Origin: Mytilus californianus
Lineage: Eukaryota
Assembly (NCBI RefSeq): GCF_021869535.1
Contig: NW_026262668.1
Coordinates: 136,834,001 to 136,898,000, forward strand
DNA length: 64,000 nucleotides
Direction: 5' to 3'
Made by a program: the position numbers and the translations under genes. Under the pieces are notes generated by a model. That model did no database searches. It worked only from the letters and a program-made list of their open reading frames with translations, and was not told where the DNA came from. This document shows positions 52,844-64,000 of the stretch, one piece after another (position 1 is the first letter of the stretch; every line of letters starts with the position of its first letter).

Positions 52844-55800
52844 ATGAATAGTTTTATTTCAATAGCTCTTGTTGTTGTCTTTGCTGGGTGTTCAATTGCT
52901 TATCCAATCCATGCGTCCTGTAAAATTCAATGGTAAGTATATATTTACTATTTATACTTTTCTTTATATTAATTCTTACAGAACCATTTTATTTCGATAA
53001 ACTGATATTCATTGAATATTTGAAGACACGGGATATACGTGAAGAAGGAATGAATTTCATTTCTCATTATTTACCCTACTGAAATATAGCTATTCATTTA
53101 TATTTTAGAATTCTGCAATATTCAGATGCAGTTCAACGTGTTCTTAATACATACATTTTTTTAATACCGCCCACGTTTACTTCTTTTTAAATTCTGACCA
53201 TGGCTATAGCTTGCGGTTACACGCGATGATATAAAATTACAAGGAGTATCATCTTTAATTTCCAATTATTGTCAGAATCTTATAGTAGGGTTTGAGGGCA
53301 AGAGTTTTACATATATTACAGATATAAAATGAGCACATAGATATGTTCTCCCATTTATAGGTCACGTGTCTAGGCACGTTGTTTCTTATCAACCAAGGTC
53401 ATCAAAATTATTTTTACTGCCACAGACACTATATGGCTAGTTTTATTCTGAGCTCTTGTCGTAATATCGTACGTTATACAATTTTAGCTTACCTTGCCTT
53501 ATAGGCCATGCGAACTACTATCACCAGTGCGTCCGACATCCGTCCGTCGTGGTCGAATTGTCTTCTAATAAATACTTGTCAAAGACCACTGGACCAATAT
53601 AAACCAAACTAGAACTAATCCTTAGTATGTCTAGTATAAAGTTTTTTTTGTTTATCGTTCATATTAATCAAACAAAATTTACAGAGACAAAGATGTTCAA
53701 AATGTCAAAAGATCTAACTTATTTTCATTTCCACCAAATTTATTGGTGAATGATTATTTTTGACAAATGTCCTTGTCTTTGCTTATCTTGAAAAGAATTA
53801 TAAATACACAAAAACATGTTTGCTGATTATCATGAAAAGTATCAAAAATCGTCAGAAATTGTAAACAGTTAAATGGTCAGCATTACAAGATATACAAAAA
53901 TGCCATAATCACCAAAACCATCATTTGCCTTCGTTAATGAGTTACTGCCATAAATGAGGATATTTCACAAATTTTAACATGTTTGCTTATTTTCCTGAAA
54001 AGTGTAATATATAGATAGAAACTGTAAGTAACAATGATTCGCTGTTGCAATAGAAGATCTACAAAACTGATATATGCTGAAACGAACAACTGGTCAATTC
54101 TTTATAGAAATAATCCCTTAAATTATTACCTTCTACACAGATATGATTTATAATAATTTTTTCTTGAATGTTTCGTTGATAAATTTAGAAATAAAAAAAA
54201 ATTTCAACTAAGGTTCAAACTCCCTCAGGCAAGTATAACTTTGTGGATTTGACTATTCTCTTGAGGTTCCGTTTGGTCATATAGCTCTGTAAGTATTCAA
54301 GTTTTAATACATCATTGGCTTTCAAATTTCGGGATTTGAGCGTTCCTGATATCATGCTCTCAGCTATGTGTAATTTATATAATAGTATTTGCGTATGATC
54401 TCAGAACCTACATTAGAAAGACAGAAAAAGTAAACTGCAAAAAAGGACTAAGAAGTCGAACAAAACTATTGTGATCCTGGTACTGAAAAACCATTGTTTA
54501 TTGACCTTGATTTTAAATAAAATGCACTCGAGAAGATGTTTATTTGAAAATAAGTTATTTTTATCTGAAAAAAAAAGAATTAAATGCAAAAAAAGATAAA
54601 TAAATATTCAATTTGGCATAATTTTGACAGGTGAGCGAATCAGATTTAAGGAAGCTCTAGTTTAGATGTTCACTTGCCTGTCCTTCACATATACAAAATG
54701 TATCTTGAAAATTCTACCGTACGGAACACATACCTAGTCTTTCATCGGAAGTGCTCTGGAAGACCACACTGTTTTTGGCAAGCAACTAGTTCAAGTGGCA
54801 CTAAATCTTGATATCGATAAATTAATGTTTTAATTACTAGGATTAAATTTCTAACAGCGACAAAATAGGCAGAAGATAACAAAGTTAAGTTTAATACTGC
54901 AATTAAATAACAGAAAGAAAAAGGGAAAAGGGGATGCATGAGATACTAGAAAAGAAAAATTGCTTACCTTATCAGTTTCTTGTCAATTGTTTCTTTTTGA
55001 TAGAATTGTCAAACCTGCTCTTTTATATGGATCAGAAGTATGGGGATCATTATTATGTTATTCACATTGTGATATTATAAAAAAAAGTGCATTAAAATTT
55101 TGTAAGTCCCTTCTTCATTGGAAATCTTCCTCTCCCAACTCAATGATTTATGGTGAACTTGAACATGATCCAACTTTATGTATAGATGTTCAACTATATA
55201 TTGTATTGTACCATAAACATAGTTTCAAATCAGTTGATGTGCGGATGGATTTCCTTATGTTTGACTCAGTAGTTTATAAATGATATTGGGTTGAAATTAA
55301 ATGAAATGGTTGTGTCTTCCAACTGTAAAATTGTCTCCAAGTATATAAGCATTTACGACAAAAGAGACGGTTTTTTTTTTTCGTTCCCTATTGTTAATTT
55401 TCCCTTTTTGGACGGTGATGTTCCTTTGGCCCCTTCGTACGGTGTGTATATTTCACAAGTTGTACGCTACGACCGTGTCTGTAGCCGAGAGATTTCAATG
55501 AACGTAATTTATGTATAACTGGTAAATTATTAAGTCCGGGATTTCGTTACCTTAAATTAATTAAAACCTTTACTAAATTCTTCCATGGATACAAAGATTC
55601 GGTTAGGAAGTTGGCTGTACTTGTAGAATTCTTATAAAAAAATCTCAATTTGATAACAAAGCCGGTAGATACGACCCATGCATGTAATAGATAAGAAAGG
55701 ATATGGGATATCCATCCATGACACAAAATCCATACATGCACATCAAAAAACACAATAAGCAAAGGAACAACGCTTTTATTGCTGTTCTTCATCTCAAAGT

Positions 55801-58800
55801 CACAGTGAGGCCTTCAACACGGAGCAAACACTCTCACCTCACTGCATGTTTAAAACGGTCCCAAGCACCGGTTTGATAGGAATTATTGCTGTTCTTCATC
55901 TCAAAGTCACAGTGAGGCTTCAACAAACTCATTGATACTTTGAATATACTTATTTTTCAAAGTTATCAACTTAACACCGTAATGAAATCTTTAAATATTC
56001 ATTTTACATATTTTTGATAATTCAAACATACTTTAATATAAATTGTTATTTATGTACAGTTATGAGTAATCATGATCCTACATCCTGTCGATACTGTTTA
56101 CTTATATTTTGGCATTGCACATGATCATGCTTTTATGTCGTCCTTTTCCTAAATCCGTTGTATTGTACTGATTGATACATGTACTTCATGTGGAGCAGAA
56201 TCTGCTAACCATTCCGGGGCACCTGAGATCACCCACGTTTTTTTGTAGTCTTTAGTTTTCTATTTTTTTTTTTTACTGTTGTTTGTCGTTTCGTCCTTTT
56301 TCGTCATGGTATTGTCAGTTTATTTTTCGACTTATGAGTTGAATATTACTAATGGGAGGAAGAGTACAGTGCTGTGGCTACGAAAACTGAACCACCTTCA
56401 TAGTCATATGTGACATAGATAATCATAATGGTCAACAAAATCATGATGGCGTCCGTAAAGTTTCAAGTTTTCAGAAGCTTTATTTATAGACGAATAGTGA
56501 TATACAGAAAAAAATAAGCTCTATTAAGTTTTTTTGTCGTCTTAGTATCGATAAAAACAATATTTACAAAAATCTGTTCATGATTGATTGAATTCATTAA
56601 ATAAAATTGAGAATAGAAATGGGGAATGTGTCAAAGAGACAACAACCCGACCATAGAGAAGCCGTTTTAAAGGATGTTTTCAAATTCATATCATTCATTT
56701 TATATTTTACGTTTACTCTGACAGAAATATCAACTACATAACTAAATTATAAATGCAATTTGTATTTGTAATTTTGCTAGGACATTTGGAATCAGCTGTG
56801 ATATGGTGAAGGAAAAAATCAAGAACCAGATTTCTACATGGACTACAGCAGATAACTGTCCCAATGGAGCAGGAGAAAAATGTCTGTATACAGTACGTAT
56901 TTTGAGTATTTGGAATTCCTTTATAATAGACAAGTAAAATTTTACAGCAAGAAGTTCATTTTCTTAAAGAATTGCAATTTAACCGATTAATTATATGCTT
57001 TATACATTTTAACGTCAGTATTTTGTGGTTAAAATTTAAATGCTTTAACCAAACATAATTTTCAGTATGAATACCTTCATTTAATATAAATAAATGATAT
57101 TGGTTCCGTTTGCACGGCATGTGTTTCTAAAATATCCACACGCAAAACTTTATGAAAAAAATATTTTATGTATCAAGCATTAAAAAAAGGACCAAAACAG
57201 CTTATTCTTTTTGAAGCCAATTTTACCCGAGGGAGTAGTAACCATACCTTAGCTAATTAATATTTTCATGCCTGTCTTATGAAACAAATATCTAATCGTA
57301 GAAATAGATGGTTTTTTTTGCATCTGTTTTATACTTATTTATGTATAAGGTTGCAAGTGACTGGAACTGTTTACCAGTTGCTGCGGATAAACGATCATTA
57401 ATATTGCATCGTGAAAAAAAAACCTGTTTGGTAATTTTAATAGCAAGCTGGAAGGATAAAGACGGTAACGCCTCTTGATTTAGCGTAGTAATAGTAATAT
57501 TATGTCTGAAAGAGACGTTGTAACTTGATTGTGACTATTGATTGAACAAATTAAAGAATCATAGACATTTTTGCTGTAAGTTAGAGGATTAGTAGACTTA
57601 CCTCGCAATATTCTGGTACCTTCATTATAATACTTGTGATTTAAATAACCAGCTTTTATTGCATTGGTGTTTCAGTTTGTGAGTGAAACAAATACAACTA
57701 TAACAGCAAAACATGCGACACCAGTTAAGCACTACATGGACGATTTGACCTTCACCTTTACTCCAAGTAACAGCATGTGCAACGTCAAGGTAAGTTCAAG
57801 GGTTATTCGGATATATTTTAGATACAATATACATCCCTTTATACTTTTAGATACAATATACAAATTCTATGGTCACATGAAAACATTTAATTGATTAGAT
57901 TTGGTGTTTTTTCATGGACAAATAATACAATTCTGGAAAGCGGGGGAAACATCACTAATCAGAATCGTCAGTTTTATGCGATCTGGTAACCTATTGCTGT
58001 TTGGTGTTTTTGTTGGATACTAGTATATATGTACTAGTAAATACAAGTCTAAATTGAAAACAACGTTCAAACCTATGATTGCGTTGGATAAAAACCGCAA
58101 TTTTTATACGTGTGCATGCAAAACGAATTTCTTGGAAGAGGGGTCAAAATACAGCACAAACAACATTTTCCATAAGACAAAAAAAAAGTGAAAAAGTATA
58201 TTTTAACAAAACTCATTTGACTAACAGGTCGAACAACGGATGTTCTTAAACCCTGCTGTACTAGTATATATATACCTTTCCCTTATTCTAAGCCGAATCA
58301 ACGATTGATATGTTTTTAATCAACGGTTTACCTGACCTCAGTTCTTCATGTCATACTTTTACAAATAAAGTGAATACAAACCATACACTCAACTCTTAGT
58401 TTACGCAGTTATTTATACAGCAATGTCCTTGAAAATCCCCAAAGACTAACTTCTGTTGACAGATTGTAACCAACAGTTACTAACAATCCAGATAAAAGGA
58501 GTAAATGTTAATGTCTTCAGCAACTGTAAAGAGTGACACTGACCGCGAGACAGATATTTTTTTGTTTATCATGCATCACCGATTGCTTACTTGTCATGCG
58601 CAACGCGACAGATGCTGCTAGTTAAGCAGACACTGATTTGCCATCCAGATCACACGGGTGTACCCCCAGTTTTTGATTGGAATCGCATTTCTCGCTCTGT
58701 TTTTTGTGTGTTATTAATACGGACTATTTAGACCTCGAGCATTACTTAAGAGACATTAATAGTCGAAATGCGTATCTGGAGCAGTAAAATGGTAGCTTTA

Positions 58801-59487
58801 ATGTTTTTAGTATGTTATTGCTTCATATTAATTTTTATAATTGTTCAAAAAAGTAGTTCTGTAAGATTCGTATTAATAATATCTAATGCTTTAATTTTTA
58901 GGGTTACTCCACATCAGAAACGTGGTATGCTTACCTTGACTACAGTACTAACTATTGTAATCTCAACAACCTTATCACAGGTATGGCATTACCTAATCAC
59001 TGGTATAACAACCATATTTAAAAACACAAACACAAACATGATTAAAAAGGCATTACGTATACAAGTATTTATAGGTCAAATTAACAAAACATGTTCAAAT
59101 TCATCAGTACAAATAACTTGATTGAATCATTCTCTATTTTATGTATCAATATTCCAGAAAATACTATTTTCAACTCTATGTACAAAACGCCGCATCTAAA
59201 TTTTCCTAAAACACTCCTGTATTTACCAACGCATTTCATATTCTGATTCTGTATACATTTTATTTTGGTCATAAGAAAAACTAGTAGTGGTTACATGCAG
59301 CTAAACTTGCAAAACTTGACACGTTTAAACATTGGTCTTTCTGGATATTATTTCGAAAGGCGTTATCGTACATTGAATGTCTATCTTTCTTTCAGGTTCG
59401 GGACTTGACAAGGTTAACGCATACAAGGAAGTCACTAGTGATGATGTTTGTACACAGTATTCCAGCAAAGATTGCGAAAAATATTAA
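52844..59487 (+). CDS. Uncharacterised 8-Cys protein, paralog B, predicted secreted, 161 aa, 5 exons
   Basis: join(52844..52932, 56781..56892, 57676..57789, 58902..58980, 59396..59487) = 486 nt, GT-AG, phases 2/0/0/1. Signal peptide MNSFISIALVVVFAGCSIA, then YPIHASCKIQW, GEKCLY, HATPVKHYMDDLTF, GYSTSETWYAYLDYSTNYCNL, CTQYSSKDCEKY*. Confidence 0.92.
54700..55190 (+). mobile_element. Degenerate LINE reverse-transcriptase fragment (CR1/L2/Daphne-like)
   Basis: LFDRIVKPALLYGSEVWG...ALKFCKSLL..KSSSPNSMIYGEL is the post-RT motif of these LINEs; the upstream part carries stops. Confidence 0.8.
55320..55720 (+). mobile_element. Penelope-like retroelement RT C-terminal fragment
   Basis: IYDKRD..FPIVNFPFLDGDVPLAPSYGVYISQVVRY.RVC, then in a shifted frame KTFTKFFHGYKD; matches the PLE thumb-region motif as I recall it. 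Confidence 0.8.
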
Positions 59488-60269
59488 ATTATCTGCTTGT
59501 ATATGTTTTCAATATTTACTTAATATTCAATATTGTACTTCATACAAAGCCGACCAAGTTGTTTTCATCTTAAAAGAGACGCAAAAAATAAAAGATTTTG
59601 CATAAAGAATAATCATTGTAGCTCTTTTTGCAGTTTGTATAACATTTTAGAATTCGAAATTGGTGTTTCACTTCATATTGTTCTACAATGATATAAACTA
59701 CGGAAGCACCATGGGTCCGTAAGCCGTGTTGTGATCTTGTGGAGTTGTACAATGAAGACTGTAAAGTCTGTTGACATTTAGGTGAAATGGTAGGAAACGA
59801 AAAAAATTGTCATTTTATAATCTATTATTGCTGCTGTTACTTTGACCTTATAACTATAAATATTTGAAAGAGGTCATTCTCGACCAAAGATGCATAGTCA
59901 AATAAACTTTGGGAAAGATTTTATTCATATCTCCCCTGATTCGGGTCAATCAATTCCTGATGTAACATTGACCTTTGACCTAATGACATAAAAATTAAAT
60001 GGGTTGTTTGTCATTTCATCGGAATTGCGAAATCAAACGAGAAAGTCCGGTAAGGGCTAATTTTGACCTAAAAGGAGTAGGCCCGGTGTCATATGGTATT
60101 TTGAACCCCCTGAAAAGTGAACCCGGGGTCAAAATACCATATGGAAAATTGACCCCGGGGTCATTATACCGCATGGTATTTTGAACCCCACCATGGAAAA
60201 TTGAACCCCCCTGTTTTGGCTATATAGTATTGCAGATTATCTATAGTACAATATGTTGGCTATGACTAT

Positions 60270-62000
60270 TTTGAAATTGGAGGTGTATAGTCGGGGTTCA
60301 ATATACCATGGCAGGGGGGCCAAAATACCATGACTGAGAAAAAATTTTCAAACAACTTTATAAGCATGTTTAATACATACCAACTACTAATTGAAGTATT
60401 ATTACTATGTAAAGGAGCTAGAAAAGATATAATTCTTGAAATTGGAGGTGTATAGGAGGAAGTTCAATATACCATGGCAGGGGGGTCAAAATACCATGGC
60501 TAAGTAAAATTTTCCAAACATCTTTATAAGCATTTTTAGTACATACCAACTACTTATTGGAATATTTTTACTATGTAAAGGAGTTAGAATAGCTATAATT
60601 TTCGAAATTAGAGGTGTATAGGAGGGGATTATACCATGGCTAAGTAAAATTGTCCAACCATCTTTATAAGTATATTTAATACATACCAACTATTTATTGG
60701 AGTATTATTATTTTGTAAAGGAGTTAGAATAGATTCATTTTTTTAAATAAGAGGTGTATAGTAGGGGGTTCAATATACCATGGCAGGGGGTCAAAATACC
60801 ATGACGAAGAAAAATTTTCTAAACATCTTTATAAGCATGATTAATACATACCAACTACTTATTAGAGTATTATAACTACATGTATGTAAAGAAGTTCAAA
60901 TAGCTTTATTTCTTTTAAATTAGAGGTTTTAAAGTAGGGGGTTCAATATACCATGGCAGGGGGTTCAAAATACCATGGCTAAGTAAAATTTTCCAAAGAA
61001 CTTTATAAGCATGTTTAATACATACCAACTACTTATTGGAATATTATAATTATGTAAAGGAGTTAGAATAGCTTTATTTTTTTAAAATGAGAGATGTATA
61101 GTAGGGGATTCAATATACCATGGCAAAATGTGGGGGGGGGGGGTGCAAAATACCATGGCTAAGTAAAATTTTCCAACATGTTTATAAGTATGTTTAATAC
61201 ATACCAACTACTTATTGGAGTATTTTTATACGACCGCAAAAAATTTTTTGGGATCGTACAATGGTATGATGTTGTCGTCGTCTGCGTCGTCGTCCGAAGA
61301 CACATTGGTTTCCGGACAATAAATTTAGTTTAAGTGAATGGATCTCTTTGAAATTTTTTAAGAAGGTTCAATACAACAAAAGGAAGGTTGGGATTGATTT
61401 TGGGGATGATGGTCCCAACCGTTTAGGAATTAGGGGCCCAAAACAAGCATTTTTCTAGTTTCAGGATAATAACTTGTGTGTAAGTATTTCAATTGCTCTC
61501 AAATTGTATCACAATGTTTAATACCACAATTAGAAGGTTGGGATTCATTTTAGGGGTTATGGGGCCAACAGATTAGGAATTCAGGGCCAAAAAGGGGCCA
61601 AAAACTAGCATTTTTCTAGTTCAAAATTTTTAAAATTTAGAATTTTTGAAAAGTTTCAAGAAGAAATCTTCAATTGCACAGTATTGCGCAATGGATTTAT
61701 AAGATCTTTGACCACATTTATTTTGTGTCAGAAACCTATATTATGTCAAAAATTTGATCACAATCCAAATTCAGACAGTATCAAGCTTGAATATTGTGTC
61801 CAAATTTGTCCCAACTGTTCAGGGTTCGACCTCTGCGGTCGTATCAGGCTGCGCTCAGCGAAGCATTTTATTACTATGTAAAGGAGTTAGAATAGCTATA
61901 ATTCTTGAAATTGAAGGTGTATAGTATGGGGTTTAATATACCATGGCAGGGGGGGTCAAAATACCATGGCTAAGTAAAATTTTCCAAACATCTTTATAAG
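60270..62000 (+). repeat. ~165-bp satellite array, forward arm (interrupted by a HINE at 61223-61869)
   Basis: Unit starts at 60279, 60444, 60610 (GGAGGTGTATAG..TTCAATATACCATGGCAGGGGGGTCAAAATACCATGGCTAAG..). Confidence 0.9.
61223..61869 (+). mobile_element. HINE-like element inserted into the satellite
   Basis: TTTTTATACGACCGC ... GCGGTCGTATCAGGCTGCGCTCAGCGAAGCATTTT; the satellite unit resumes in register on both sides (GGAGTATT | TATTACTATGTAAAGG); T-rich site, no TSD. Confidence 0.85.
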
Positions 62001-62049
62001 GTTATTTAGTTGATATGTATTAAATATGCTGGAAAAGTTGTTGGAAAAT

Positions 62050-63110
62050 TTTAAAATGGTATATTGAACCCCCTCCTATACACTTCCAATTTCAAAAACT
62101 TTAGCTTTTCTAACTCCTTGACATAAAAAGAAATAAGAAGTTGGTATGTATTAAACATGCTTATAAAGATGTTTGGAAAATTTTACTTAGCCCTGGTATT
62201 TTGACCCCCCTGCCATGCTAATTGAACCCCTCCAATTCAAAAAATTATAGCTAGTATTACTCTTTTACATAGTAAAAATATTTCAATAAGAAGTTGGTAT
62301 GTATTAAACATGCTTAAAAAGATGTTTTGAAAATTTTACTTAGCCATTATACTTTGATTCCCCCCCCCCCCCCCCCCAAACTGCCATGGTATATTGAACC
62401 CCCTCCTTTACACTTCCAATTTTAAGAATTATAGCTATTCTAACTTCTTTACATAGGAAAAATATTCCAATAATTAGTAGGTATGTATTAAACATGCTTA
62501 TAAAGATTTTAGGAAAATTTTACTTAGCCATGGTATTTTGACCCCCCTGCCATGGTATATTGAACCCCATAATATACACCGCCAATTTCAAGAATTATAG
62601 CTATAGTAAATATATTCCAATAAGTAGTTGGTATGTTTTAAACTGCTTATAAAGATGTCTGGAAAAGTTTACTTCGCCATGGTATTTTGATCCCACTGTC
62701 ATAGTAAAACTATATTACACCCCTCCTATGCACCTCCAATTTCAAGAATTATAGCTATTCTTACTCATTCACATAGTTAGAATTTTCCAATAAGTAGTTG
62801 GTATGTATTAAACATGCTTATAAAGATGTTTGGAAATTTTTTTTAGCCATGGTATTTTGCCCCCCCCCCCTTTGCCATGGTATATTGAACCCCCTGTTAT
62901 TCACCTCTAATTTGAAAAAAATTAAGCAATTCTAACTCCTTTACATAGTAATAATAATATTACAATAAGTAGTTGGTATGTAAAAATATTCTGGAAAAAG
63001 ATGATTGGAAAATTTTACTTAGCCATGGTATTTTGACCCCCCTGCCATGGTATATTGAACCTTCTATACACCTTAAATTTAAAAAGAAAATAGCTATTCT
63101 AACTTCTTTA
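62050..63110 (-). repeat. ~165-bp satellite array, reverse arm
   Basis: Reverse complement of the 60270-62000 units (CTTAGCCATGGTATTTTGACCCCCCTGCCATGGTATATTGAACCCC). Confidence 0.9.
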
Positions 63111-63114
63111 CGTG

Positions 63115-63590
63115 TTTACTGTTATGTAAAAGATTTGAACTGATGTGGTCATTAAAGATGCTCAAATTCAAGCGTCACTATGAAAAATCTATCAAATATG
63201 CCATAAAACGTCACTTTTCAGATGGTTTTTGTCTAAAATGTAAGTGGCCGCATTTGTGTTCAGTCTGAATCTTTATATATTTTATGTATTATTATCAAAT
63301 ACAACGTGTACTTTAAAAATATTAAGACTGAACACAAGTGCGGCCACTTCCATTTTAGACAAAAACGTCTAAAAATTAGCACAAATACTAAGAAGATTTC
63401 AGGAATTATACATGAATTAATGATGCTAGTACCTGATGAATGTGCATAGTATTCTAAAAAAAAAACCAGCCCATATTTATGTAACTAACTTATTCTACTT
63501 TCTTATAAATAGCTAAAATTTTATATTTTAAACAAATTGTAAAAATTCTGTATTTTGGGGCTAAAAAGGGGTCTTATCGGGCCTACTCCT
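63115..63590. mobile_element. End of a TIR DNA transposon (AGGAGTAGG-terminal family, possibly Kolobok-like)
   Basis: CGGGCCTACTCCT (63578-63590) is the exact reverse complement of AGGAGTAGGCCCG (60073-60085); internal 42-bp inverted repeat 63225-63266 / 63325-63366. Family assignment is from memory. Confidence 0.5.
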
Positions 63591-64000
63591 CTGATAAAGT
63601 TGAACATATGATTTAAAAGACAACATGTGGAAACCGAAACTGTACTGTTACACTGACCCTTGATCCGTTGACCTCAAAATCAGACGGAGTTGTCCTCACT
63701 CATAGAGCATTGTTGAACGATGTTTCTAAATAGTTGGACATACAGGTAATACAGGTCAAAAGTTAATATTTGGAAACAAAACTGTTGTCAAGGTTGTAGT
63801 TTAGGAAAAGATGATGTGATTTTTAACCTTTGGAATCTTCCTCTTCCAAATTGGCATTATTTAGCCAAATTCGGTTAAGATAATCTAAAAGGTTCAAAGG
63901 ATTTTGCCCGGAAACAACAGGTTGACTCCCAGATGCCTTGACATCATAGATACATTTTTTTCAGTGGTTCATGCATATGATACAGATAAGACAGTTTTAT

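Overview
AT-rich, intron-containing eukaryotic DNA. The repeat families I recognise from memory suggest a bivalve mollusc, probably Mytilus (inference). I assembled four spliced protein-coding genes by hand, with canonical GT/AG sites and consistent phases: (1) a minus-strand TACO1/YebC-family gene (5 coding exons, 334 aa); (2) a plus-strand uncharacterised type I membrane glycoprotein (6 exons, 459 aa); (3, 4) a head-to-head pair of paralogous 8-Cys proteins with identical exon 2-5 lengths, one predicted membrane-anchored (195 aa, minus) and one predicted secreted (161 aa, plus). The rest is repeat-dense: HINE/Helentron-like elements, MITEs, tRNA-derived SINEs, LINE and Penelope-like fragments, minisatellites and an inverted ~165-bp satellite array. 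Main observations: the anchored/secreted paralog pair; a three-level nested DNA-transposon insertion whose TSDs are supported by empty-site copies in the same window and whose innermost 4.7-kb element has splice signals but no recognisable transposase; a 44-bp minisatellite that repeats a splice donor seven times; and an in-frame cryptic donor that would delete the membrane protein's stalk. All coordinates were counted by hand and no database search was run.
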